From Diplonema japonicum (Eukaryota > Protista > Euglenozoa: Diplonemea), in NCBI GenBank assembly GCA_964019335.1, contig OZ025708.1, forward strand, positions 1-64,000: 64,000 nucleotides of DNA. The letters run 5' to 3'. Below the pieces are notes generated by a model. It was not told the origin of the DNA. It searched no databases and saw only the letters and a program-made list of their open reading frames with translations. Each line of letters starts with the position of its first letter. Within the stretch, counting starts at the first letter, position 1. Of the stretch, positions 29,986-40,818 are shown piece by piece. Position numbers and translations under genes: made by a program.

Positions 29986-32900
29986 TCAGCGCAACACGGG
30001 GGCCGCAGGGCCGGCGTCAAGGGAGACAGCCGGCGGGATGAACGAAGGGGCAGCGGTACCTGCCGTTGCCGCAGACGGCGACGTGAAGACCCCGGATCTG
30101 GCCCAGTCAAGCAAGCCAGAGTCGGCGATGAGGGTGAATACCTGCGTCACGCGTTTTGACAGGCACTCCACCAGCGAGGGGCGTCCATTGGGAGCGTCGA
30201 GCGAACCCCGTCCAACCACAGCGCACCCCCCAACAACGTGCTCCCTGGACATCTTTGCTCCACACGCTGGGCAGCTGAGCTCAGCCTTCTTCCTGTTCGG
30301 TCCAGCCGCCTGCAGGAAGCCGAAGAAGAGAGCGGAGTGCCCTACCCTCAGCCGCGAGATGACCGTCTCCGCTAGCCTGGGGAGGGACTGGGGGAAGCAC
30401 GCCGCTCGGAGCCCCGTGGCCCTCGCGTATCTCGGGGCCACCTCCCCGACAATGACCGCAGACCTCTGCTGAATCTGGCGACGGACCAGGGCCCTGACCG
30501 ACCTGTAGTCGAGAGAGGGGCGAGTCAGCTCGCGCTTCGTGCCCTCCCCGGCCAGCCTGTCTGCCGCCTCGTTGCCAGGAACCCCGCAGTGGGACGGCAC
30601 AAACTGGAGAATGACTGGTGCACCTTGTGCACGTGCCGCGGCCACCAGCAGTTCCCAGGTCTCGTGGTCGAGCCTCTCCCTCTGCCGCGAAGGACCTGCC
30701 CTCAGCTGATCAAGGAGAGAGAGCGAGTCGGTACAGATCGACAGCCGGCTGTCTGCCAACGTGGGGTGCTCGCTCCGGAGCGCGGCCACCATGTCCAGAG
30801 CCACCTTGACAGCCAGACCCTCCGCCCGAAAGGAAGAGCAGAAATTGCTGACGCCGAAGCTCTCGGACACGGGTTCGTGGGGGCGGGGGAGCTGCAAGTA
30901 GACCCCGGCGCCGCCCCTCCACCTCTGGCGGTCCCGTACGACAGAACCATCCGTATAGGCATGGATACCCGGTGGAAGGGCAGCCAGAGCCTCCACGGCC
31001 GCCTTCCGCTTATCCACGTCCGGCGACGAACGCGTGACCCTGCCGGGAAGGGCAGTTCTGAACTCCACCAGGAACGCGTGCCACGGTGCTACTTTGGGCG
31101 AGGCAGTCAGTAGCTCGAAGGTGTCGTACTTCCTGAAGCCTTCCTGCGTCGTCCACCCCTGCAGTCCGCAGCGTCGTAGCGCAAGGATACCCGCACGCAG
31201 CCACCCATTGCCCATACCGGTCATCCGCTTCTGCTCAAGGACCTCGCGGTGAACCGGGGAGGTCCTCCAGCAGAACGACTTCGCCGTCAACACCGCCGCA
31301 GCTCCCTCAGCCATCTGTCGGAGGGGTAGCAGACCTGCCTCAGCAACAACCTTCGCCGTGCCCGAGCCGTGCCAACAACCCGAGATCAGCACCGCCGCTC
31401 TCTGGTGGAGCCCAACAAGCTCCTCCACCCTGCTGTCCCTGAGCCTGGCAAAGTAAACACCCATGCAGTACCGGAGTAGCGGGAGAACGTACGTGAGGTA
31501 CAGAGATCGGAGCGTGGCCTTCTTGCACCCCCAGGTCGTGCCCGACAGGAGCCTTAGTACCCTCAGCCTCTTGTCAGCGCTCCTCAGGACATCCCCCGCA
31601 TGCTCGTCAAACGTGAGCCCAGAGTCTACAGTGACCCCAAGATACTTCGCCGACCCACATAGAGGCAAGGGGCGAGCCGCCATGTAACCAATGTCGGACC
31701 TCCGGATGGCGGCGGGAATGTCGAAGGACCGTTTGCCACCCGCCTCCACGACCCGAAAGCCAGACAGCTCACGGACGCCAGACAAGGTCCCACAGACCCC
31801 AACCCCAAGATTAAGGACAGGGTCCTGGAAGGCCCCCGGGCAAAGCGGGACACGCGACGAAGAGAAGTAGACATTAAGCCGCTTCTGATAGGGAACGCAC
31901 ACTGCCTGCGACTTGCTGGAGCTCAGCAGCATGCCCCGTCTCCCACACCAGCCCTCAACCGCGTCCATCACAGCCTGGGCCCCTCGCTCAAGACCAGCCA
32001 GGTCGCCCTGCCCGGCTGAGACCACCACCGCAACATCGTCGGCATAAAGAACCGACAGGTCCGCCATCCCAACCAGCAACCTGGCTAGCTCGTCGACGTA
32101 GATGGTGTAAAGGACGGGTCCCAGCACAGACCCTTGGGGCACCCCTCTCCTCACCTTCGTCGTCGACCCTCGCGAACGACCCACCGTGACCGCCGCCGTA
32201 CGACCGCAGAGGAAGGAGCGCGTCCATTCGACGAAGGGCTCAGGGATCCCTTTCCTCCGCATCATGCCCAAGAGAGCTTCGTGCTGAACCAGGTCAAACG
32301 CAGATGAGAAGTCAAACAGCAGGGCAGCCGACAGACGCCGACTGTCTTTGTTCCTCGACAGGCACCCGGTCAGGGACGCCACCTGCTCCTCCGTGGAGCG
32401 GCCCCTCCTGAAGCCAGCCTGGCTGTCGTGGAGACTCTCAACGCCCGACGCGCTAGAGTCTAGGAGAAAGGTAAGCCTCTCCTCTATCATCCTCTCAAGC
32501 AGCTTACAAAGACAGCTAGTGAGACATATGGGACGGTACGATGCAAGCAACGTGGCGTCCTTCCCTGCCTTCGCCACTGGAACAATCACCCCCTTCTTCC
32601 AGGCACCCGGCACGATCCCCGCCTGCCATGAGCGATTGAGGAGCAGAAGTAGAACCCCGAGCGAGGGTTGGTCGAGGTGGAGAAGCATCTCCGCGAAGAT
32701 GCCATCATCACCCGCTGCACTGCGTGTCTTCATCCTTCCCAGACCGCGGGTGAGATCATACACCGTAAAGGCGTGGCACCCAAGCACGTTCGTCGAAGGA
32801 GCTACGTCCACCGCGTCCCCATCACCACCCTGGCCGTAGAGCTTGCCGAAGTGAGCCCCCAGGCGGTCGGCTTTCGCCTTGTCCGTCACGAACCTCCCCT

Positions 32901-34150
32901 CGAGAATGGGAAGGTGCGGTCTGCGGTGTCTGCCGTCCAGCTTCTTCACCGCCCTAAACGCAGACCCGAGGTCCTTGCTCCGACTGAGGTCAGCCGCCAT
33001 CTCACCCCAGGCCGCGCGCTTCGACTCGGTCATGAGTTGGTTTACCTCCTTGACCTTCGCCTTGTAGACCGCCGCCACGCTGTCGTCCTCAGTCTCAGCC
33101 GACTTGAGGAAGCGATCCCGCAGGGCGTTCCGTTCTTCGAAGGCGTCTTCGAGTTCGGCCGTCCACCAGGGGGTCGGGCCTCGTCGCACTCCGCAAAGCG
33201 GAATGTGGTCGTCAGCTGCATGCAGAAGAGCCTCTGTAACCTCCTTCGTGAAGGAGTCAATGTGGGCCTTCGTGTCGATCTTGGTCAGAAGGGCAGCGGC
33301 GGCCGCGGTGAAGTCGTCCCACCTGGCCTTTTTGAAGTTCCAGGTAGGGCAGGGTCGCTCCGAGCAGTAGGCGTCCTCAAGCGGCAGGCGGAAGGAAACC
33401 GGGCTGTGATCAGAGCCCCACGTCCCCAACGTCCTCGGCTCCAGTTCCGCACAACGTCCCACCACCAGGTCCAGAACGCGTGGCGGTGAGTCCCGCGTCG
33501 GCTCGTCTCGGTTGTTGTAGACGGTGTAGCCGTGGGTGTCAAGCCAGTCCCTGACCACGTTCCCCCTTTCGTTGGGCGTTGTCACCTTGGCATCCCAAGA
33601 GCTGTGGTGTGCGTTGAAGTCGCCAGCAACGATCGTGTTCTTCCCCACAGGTAGGCTGCCCGGCCGTAGGTACTCGGGGTCCCTTGTTCCTCTGCTTATA
33701 CTCACAGGCGTGAGGTACACGTTGGAGAGGGTGACCGGGACGCGCTTCACACAGGAGATCCTCACGTCTAATCGCTCAGTGACACTGTCACCTTCAGGGA
33801 GTACGAAAGGAGCTTCCTCCGAGGCAAGGCAGTCACGGACATACGTGATGACACCACCGCCTCTCGTCGCAGAGCCGTCCGTCACCGGTGTTGTGCGGTC
33901 CCTCCTGTAGGACGTGTATCCAGGCAGGTATGGTGTCTCATGCCCCTCCCTAAGGTGTCTCCTGGATCATAATGATATCCAGCGTCAGTAGGACAGCGTG
34001 GTAGGACACGGTTGACCACTTGGCGGCAAGACCGTTGCAGTTCCAGGACAGGACCCTGAGTCCCTTCGGCTTCGGGGGTGGGAGCTTCTTAGGTGGACCG
34101 GGGTTCGTCTCAACCAGCCCAAGCAGCCCCAGCAGGTCCCTGGCCGACAT
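29986..34150 (-). pseudogene. Family C ORF2 (2A-APE-RT-RNase H) with one frameshift
   Basis: QETH is broken near 33955 by an apparent 2-nt loss relative to B. 29986-33885 is open, with YADD and YTDGS. Confidence 0.87.
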
Positions 34151-34291
34151 CCGTTCAAGTAAGGAAGGGATCAAGGAAGGGAGGACGTCGTACAAGTGAT
34201 GTGGAAGGTGTCTCCTCGGCTGTATGCGCGGGAGACCAGGAGAGGGGGCGTGGTCGTCGATCTGACGCCCCCCCTGCTCAGCGGGACCCCT

Positions 34292-36490
34292 TCAATTGGC
34301 AGGGGCGGGGGCCGGGCCCACAGAGGCTGCCCGTCCACGGCCGGCCCCGTTGGGGGAAGCAGAGTCGCCAGCCAGCGACTGGGCGCGTCCCCTTCCGCCC
34401 CCTTGCTCCGTCGATGTCGGGTAGGGGCCTGGCGTGCTTACGCCCTGCGCCTGGTGCCCCTTCGTCCCTGCCTTGGACCCAGCCTTGCCGCCCTTGCCCT
34501 TCCCAGCCACTGCCGTCCGCCCAGCTCCGTCTGCAGATGACGCCGGCGCGCCAAGTGACGCTGCCATCCTCTCCTGGAGGTCGCGGACCGTCGCCTGCAG
34601 ACCGTCGATGGTCGCCTGCATCGACTGGATCAGCGCGAGGAGCGCCGGGACCTCTGGTTCCGGTGCGGGATTCTTCTTCTGGGAGTCACGGGGAGGTGTC
34701 GTGGTCGGGGAAGCCGCAGAGGAGACCGGAGTCACAGTGCCAAGTGGCGGAGGGGCAACCGAGCTCGGTGGAGATGACCACGGATTGGTGCTCGGCAGCC
34801 CTGTGGACTGCACCGTGGGGCCAGGGGCCGGCGTCGGCGTCTGGGCCGTGGTTGCCGCAACCGGCGTCCGAGCCGCGGGTGGAGCCTTCTTGTTGGTGCG
34901 GGGCGGGAGCGTGACGCTCGGGTGGTCTTCCGCGTCGTGCAGTCGAACGAGACGAGAGCCGAAGAGCCATGTCCTGGCCTTGGGGGGCGGGGCGTCGGCG
35001 ACGATGAAGAACACGAGTTGCCTCGTGCCCTGGAACGCCGTGTCAGAGCGTCGGATGATGGACGACGGCTTCCAACCGATGTGGTCCATCATCCCGTCGA
35101 AGGCTGCCCTGGTAACAGACAGCGGGGCTCCGGTGAGCAGGTACCGACGCTTTGTCCTCTGCTTGGCGAGGGCCTCCCTCAGACGCTGCTCCGTCTCCGG
35201 CAGGCACCTCACGGTCCAACCCTTGCGATGGGCCACCCCCAGGGACAACCCGCCCAGTGCCTTCGCCAGCTGGAAGGCCTCCGCCCTCCCCTCCGCTACG
35301 ATGGGCACGTAGGTGTACCCCCCGCGCCGCTCGGTCGTCCTGACCATGCAGCCGTCGCCCGAGGCCCGGAGTACCGCATGGACGGATGCCGCCGGGAGCC
35401 GCAGGCCCACCTCGTGGCTCCAGTGCCGCGCCCGCGGCTCGTTCCCGTCGATCTTCTTCGGGCGGAAGATCGCCTGCTCCTCCACCGCCACGCCCTGGGT
35501 CGCGACGAGGTCCCGAACCCTGGCCTTCGCCGCGTTCACGCTGTCAGCTTTCACGCTGACGTACACTACCTCAGTGCCGCCATCAAAAGAAGCGAGTGGG
35601 GTGTAGGAGGGGGGGTTCGACCCGACCGAGAAGGTGTGCACGGCCTTGTGCACGACACGCTGGCCGGCGAGTACGATGACGGTGCATGGGGTGGTCGAAC
35701 CGGCAACCTCCGTCAAGAGGACGAAGGTCAGGGAGGCCGTGGGCCTCGCAGTGCGAATCGCGTCCACCTGCTGGAGGTCGTCGAGAGCGACGACGGCGCG
35801 GGGCACCTCCTCAGGGGGAGCAGTGTTGGTGTAGATGGGGGCGTCCCACGTGTCGGGGACCAGATCCCAGTGAGGCTCCGGGGCCGGTGCGGGAGCGGGG
35901 GCCGTGTCCTTCTCGTCGGTGTCAGAGTCCGACATGGGGAGGGCGGTGTCGCAGGCAGCGGCAGTGAGGACGGCAGTAGACCACACGGCAGCAGTAGAGG
36001 CTGGAGCAGGCGCAGGAGCAGGGGAGTCGGCAGCAGCAGGCGCAGGAGCAGTGGTGTCGGCAGCAGCAGGTGCAGGAGCAGTGGTGTTGGCAGCAGCAGG
36101 TGCAGGAGCAGTGGCAGTGGTGTCGGCGGCAGCAGTCCTCATCCTCGCCCTCCTGACCTCTGGCGTGTCGACCGTGAACGAGGTGACAACGCCCGGCGAC
36201 TCGCTAATTAAGACGACAGAGTCGTCGGAGCCCGAAGCGGCGGCGGTGGCAGCGTCAGCAGCTGCTGCCTTCTGTCTGGCCCTTCTGGCCGCCTTCTTCC
36301 CTTGCCCGGGGGAGGGTGTCACCACCGGCGTGACCCCCTCTGCGCGCTTCCTCTCCACCTCCTCGCGCGTGCGCTTCGCCCTGGCGGCGGCGTTGTCCTT
36401 TACCCGCTCACCGCGGGCTTTCTCCAGGATTTCTTCCGTCCTGGACTTGTGGTGAGCGGGCCTCTTTTTCTTCTTGTTGGAGGTCGACAT
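34292..36490 (-). CDS. Family C ORF1 (732 aa)
   Basis: Homologous to B ORF1. Carries (TTAPAPAAAD)n repeats near 35990-36130. Confidence 0.87.
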   Translation of the reverse strand: MSTSNKKKKRPAHHKSRTEEILEKARGERVKDNAAARAKRTREEVERKRAEGVTPVVTPSPGQGKKAARRARQKAAAADAATAAASGSDDSVVLISESPGVVTSFTVDTPEVRRARMRTAAADTTATAPAPAAANTTAPAPAAADTTAPAPAAADSPAPAPAPASTAAVWSTAVLTAAACDTALPMSDSDTDEKDTAPAPAPAPEPHWDLVPDTWDAPIYTNTAPPEEVPRAVVALDDLQQVDAIRTARPTASLTFVLLTEVAGSTTPCTVIVLAGQRVVHKAVHTFSVGSNPPSYTPLASFDGGTEVVYVSVKADSVNAAKARVRDLVATQGVAVEEQAIFRPKKIDGNEPRARHWSHEVGLRLPAASVHAVLRASGDGCMVRTTERRGGYTYVPIVAEGRAEAFQLAKALGGLSLGVAHRKGWTVRCLPETEQRLREALAKQRTKRRYLLTGAPLSVTRAAFDGMMDHIGWKPSSIIRRSDTAFQGTRQLVFFIVADAPPPKARTWLFGSRLVRLHDAEDHPSVTLPPRTNKKAPPAARTPVAATTAQTPTPAPGPTVQSTGLPSTNPWSSPPSSVAPPPLGTVTPVSSAASPTTTPPRDSQKKNPAPEPEVPALLALIQSMQATIDGLQATVRDLQERMAASLGAPASSADGAGRTAVAGKGKGGKAGSKAGTKGHQAQGVSTPGPYPTSTEQGGGRGRAQSLAGDSASPNGAGRGRAASVGPAPAPAN

Positions 36491-36516
36491 GATTCTTTTC
36501 TTTTCTTTTCTTTATA

Positions 36517-37044
36517 TTTTTTTTTTTTAATAATAAATGAACCACTGACGTGCGAAGCAAAGGCTGGGGGGGGGGACAGAACAGGTGGACCAAGGGTCTC
36601 CCTGTATCTAACGAAAGGGGGAAAGGAATGTGATAACCTTGAAACTTCCGCTAAACTATCCATACGTACCGAGGACGGAGGTGGGGCCGGTTCGTGGGCT
36701 CCAGTGTTCGCGACTTCGCCCACCTCCGTGACCCCGGCAGCTCTCCAGCCCGCTTCCCAAGCCAGCACCCTTCGGGCGAACCTCCGGGTTTTTGAGGAGT
36801 GGGGTACCTCGTCCGTGCTCGCCCTCACGAGCGGCACACTGGCACGGAGGCATCCCCTTCAGCCAGCTTTGTTGGGCGGCGGAGCCTTAGAAAATTCAAA
36901 ACAAAGGGAAATGATACGGGGGGATGTGTGAAGGGGCGGGGAAAGGTGAAGACAGAAGTTGGGGTGCACGACAGGGTAATAATGGGAAACACAGGGGGAG
37001 GGGGAGAGGGTTCACTAGTACTTTTTGGTTCACTTTTTTCTGTT

Positions 37045-37082
<38 letters not shown>

Positions 37083-37419
37083 CTACGTCCTGCGATTGCG
37101 GTCAGCGGCTCGGCGGTCGTGAGAGTCTCAGATGAGGTCCATCCTCTTCAGGTAGGAGGCGGTTTCACTCACCCTCATTGTGAGCATCTCCTTCGTGGTC
37201 GTGGGGATGTCATCCCCGAAGATCTCTTCGCGGACCTTGTCTCCAGCTGGGCACCCGATCAGCAGATGGTGTCTGTCCTGGATCGAATGGCACGAGAGGC
37301 AACGTAAGTCATTCTGGACGGGTTTCGACAGGAAACCGCAAGTCAGGTGGCTCCTGCCCGTTCGCAGTCTCGTTATCTGTACCTCATCGTGTCTGCAGGA
37401 CAGTTCCTTCAAGGGGAGA
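36517..37419 (-). mobile_element. 5'-truncated family G LINE
   Basis: Tail, complete 3' UTR and ORF2 C-terminus (37128-37419). Confidence 0.83.
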
Positions 37420-38218
37420 TTTTTTTTTTTAATAATAATAATAAATATTCCACTACCAGGCGGGAGGATCGAAGGGGAGTAGAGAAAACCATTCAAGGGG
37501 AAGGGAAAGGGACATCACTTCAAACCAAGAGAGGTGTTTGAAAGTGATTCGTGAAAAGCAGTCTCTGTTACTGAGCCATTGGTCGAGGGGTCCTGGTCCG
37601 CTGCTCCCTGTTGTAAATTACTTGGACCCCCTCACCACGCTCTTTTCATAATAAAATAAAACCGATCCCACCCACCAGGCAGCACCTGGGTCTCGAGGCA
37701 TTAGCCGCCTCTAGTAACAAGAGACGACCTCCCAGATTTTAAGAACTTTGGAGGAGTTTCAATTGTGAAAAATTAACCAGCTGACTGTGAAACTCCACCG
37801 TCTGCTGGACTTGTTGGGCTTTCGGGAGCCAATAAATTCAATTCAATTAAGTTTCGTTCTACAGTTTTTTTTTTTTTTTTTATATATATTCTTCTTTTTT
37901 TTTTTTTTTCTTTTTTTTTTTTTTTCTCAAAAATAAAGGAATTCAAATCAAGCTCGATCGTGTACACCGAAGCTTGAATCATCTGTCCTTCTTTTTTTCT
38001 TTTTTTTTTTCTTTTTTCTTTCTATATGAAAGGTGAGTGAAAATTTTGAATAACACTGGGGGCGGGGGTCAGGGGCCTGGTAATGGAAAATAAGGGAAGA
38101 CACTGGGGAGGGAGGTGAAAAGAAAGGATAGGAGTGAAGCCAGAGTCGAGAGATTGAGTTAGAAACAATTGCTGTCTGAAGTCGTATAACAACAGTACAG
38201 CTTCAAACTCAGGATAAT
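37420..38218 (-). mobile_element. Family E' 3' UTR-only copy
   Basis: Matches about 53936-54728. Confidence 0.85.
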
Positions 38219-38220
38219 TA

Positions 38221-38772
38221 AAAGCCCCCCAGGGAGGTATTGCTCCTATTGAGCGAATCATTGGTGAGTGTGAAAATAAAAAAAAGGGGAAATGGGAAAC
38301 AGTGAGAGGAAGGTGAAGGAAGGGAAAGGAAGGGAAAGGAAAGTGGAAAACACAACATTTCACTTTACACACACGCGGGCGATCCCTTAGCGCAGCACGG
38401 GGGCCGCGGGACCGGCGTCAAGAGAGACCGGAGGAGGGGGCGGCACGTTTGAAGGTGCAGTGACGTCTGTAGACGCCAGGGATGATGGCGAGGTGAACAG
38501 TCCGGAGCGTGACCAGGCGAGCAGGCCAGACTCAACAATGAGGTCGTAGATCTGGGTCACGCGTCTCGACAGGGAGAAGGCTAGGGAGGGAGTACCAGCA
38601 GGAGTGTCGACGATTTTCTGGCGGGGGGAGGGGATGGCCGTACCACACTCGTTCGTGCGAAGATGAGAGGACTCATCTGGGCAACTTCAGAGTAGGCCGG
38701 GCCATCCGTTTTTGACTACAATGTCAGGGCACACGATAACAAGAGGATGTTAATTTTAAAAATTTAAAAGTT
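38221..38772 (-). mobile_element. Chimeric tail-less fragments: B UTR/ORF2 end (38221-38610) and C UTR piece (38618-38772)
   Basis: Direct matches to B and to about 29693-29848. Confidence 0.8.
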
Positions 38773-39369
38773 GTTTTTTTTTTTTAATAATAATAAATAT
38801 TCCACTACCAGGCCGGAGGATCGAAGGGGAGTAGAGAAAACCATTCAAGGGAAAGGGAAAGGGACATCACTTCAAACCAAGAGAGGTGTTTGAAAGTGAT
38901 TCGTGAAAAGCAGTCTCTGTTACTGAGCCATTGGTCGAGGGGTCCTGGTCCGCTGCTCCCTGTTGTAAATTACTTGGACCCCCTCACCACGCTCTTTTCA
39001 TAATAAAATAAAACCGATCCCACCCACCAGGCAGCACCTGGGTCTCGAGGCATTAGCCGCCTCTAGTAACAAGAGACGACCTCCCAGATTTTAAGAACTT
39101 TGGAGGAGTTTCAATTGTGAAAAATTAACCAGCTGACTGTGAAACTCCACCGTCTGCTGGACTTGTTGGGCTTTCGGGAGCCAATAAATTCAATTCAATT
39201 AAGTTTCGTTCTACAGTTTTTTTTTTTTTTTTTTTTTTTTATATATTCTTCTTTTTTTTTTTTTTTTTTTTTTTTTTTTCTCAAAAATAAAGGAATTCAA
39301 ATCAAGCTCGATCGTGTACACCGAAGCTTGAATCACCTGTCCTTCTTTTTTTTTTTTTTTTTTTTCTTT

Positions 39370-40818
39370 ACGAACGAGACGGTGAAGGCACTCAAGGCGC
39401 TGGGAGTCACCCTGCGGGGGATCTCAGAGCCAAGAGGCGAGGCCTGGAAGGGACAGCTGACCAAGCTGGACCTCCTGGTCTACGTGGCGGCCAACGAAGA
39501 AGGGAAGGCGAAGCAGGCTGGTGCGGGGGGCTTGTTCGTAGAGGACCGCAGGAGGAAGCGAGAGAAGCAGCCACCACTATGGCTGAGGACGTGGGACGTG
39601 GCGGCGGCGCGGGGGATCGGAGGACCTACGGCCACCCTCACAAGCAACGGGAGGGGTCTCGGTTTGGTGCAAGACGGGAACCTGGACAGCGACGACGCCA
39701 GACACAAAGCACAGGAGGCCGGCTTGCTGGTGGGAACAGGGGCCGGACGAAAGTTCGACCTCCACAGTGTGCCACGCGGGATCACGGGCGAGCAGGTGCA
39801 GGGCTTGCTACGGAACAACGGGTGGAAGGACGCGACGGTCATTCGCGTCATCCCGAAGAAGGGGCGGCAACTGGCGGTGGTCCAGTCGGCAGGGCAGCCC
39901 CCGTTCGGCGAGGTGCAGGTGGGGGAGCACCGGATGGCGCTGACGGCGGCGTGGAAGCAGCAACCACTGCAAATGGTGGTGGCGAAAGGGGAAACGAGGA
40001 AGGACCCCAACGAAAACTGCGACACACGATACTCCAAGCCCGAGTTCCTCTGTTTTTACGGCAAGAACAAGGGCGAGGAGTACTGGGCGGCCGCCGACCC
40101 CGAGAAGCTGCAGGAACGGGAGCAGAAGGACGCGACCGCGGACACGACCACAGAACAGAAGAAGAAGAAGACAAAGAAGCCGCAGAAGCAAGAACAACAA
40201 CAACAACAACAACAGCAACAGAAGGACACCACGATCAACGCAACAGAGCTAGAGCAATACAAAATGCTCGTCACGAAGTTGCAGAGCGAAGTCGACCGCC
40301 TCAAAGATGCGCTAAGGAAGGTGGCACGCAGGGCGATGGAGAACAGGGCCGCGACGACCCCAGCAGCCACGACAAGCGCTGCATCCCCGAAGCGGCAGAG
40401 GAGCGGCACTCCGGAACAGAACACGGAGACGCCGACGGCGAAGAAGAAGCCTGCGACGGCGGCGGCGGCAGGTGCAGTGTCCCCGAAAAAGACAAGCACG
40501 AACACGAACACGAACAAGGCAGCGTCACCGAAGCGACAGAGGAGCCAGACTCCCTCACCCTCCCCGTCGCCGAAGAAGCCCGACCCCAGCAGCCCCGGCC
40601 ACAGGAAGCCAACAACCTCGTCGGAAGGGAAGCTGCAAGGCAAGGAGAAGAAGAAGCAGAAGGTGCATGTCCATGCTTGGTCTGCGACCTACCAAGCCTC
40701 ACAGGGTCAATGCGGGTCATGTCATGGCCAGCTGAAAGGCAGGAGGGCGAGGGTGTGCGCCATGGAGAACTGCAGGCGGGAACAATGCGTGAGCTGCATT
40801 GGAAACCTCCCCAACTGA
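39370..40818 (+). CDS. Family D ORF1 (5'-truncated) with a C-terminal His/Cys-rich finger
   Basis: Frame of track ORF 39139-40818. Has RYSKPEFLCFYG..W, polyQ, coiled coil and HVHAW..CGSC..C..C..CVSC. Confidence 0.75.
   Translation, partial: TNETVKALKALGVTLRGISEPRGEAWKGQLTKLDLLVYVAANEEGKAKQAGAGGLFVEDRRRKREKQPPLWLRTWDVAAARGIGGPTATLTSNGRGLGLVQDGNLDSDDARHKAQEAGLLVGTGAGRKFDLHSVPRGITGEQVQGLLRNNGWKDATVIRVIPKKGRQLAVVQSAGQPPFGEVQVGEHRMALTAAWKQQPLQMVVAKGETRKDPNENCDTRYSKPEFLCFYGKNKGEEYWAAADPEKLQEREQKDATADTTTEQKKKKTKKPQKQEQQQQQQQQQKDTTINATELEQYKMLVTKLQSEVDRLKDALRKVARRAMENRAATTPAATTSAASPKRQRSGTPEQNTETPTAKKKPATAAAAGAVSPKKTSTNTNTNKAASPKRQRSQTPSPSPSPKKPDPSSPGHRKPTTSSEGKLQGKEKKKQKVHVHAWSATYQASQGQCGSCHGQLKGRRARVCAMENCRREQCVSCIGNLPN

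Larger units (their letters stand above)
29261..36516 (-). mobile_element. Full-length LINE, family C (sister of B)
   Basis: ORF1, ORF2, about 710-nt 3' UTR and poly(A). Confidence 0.92.
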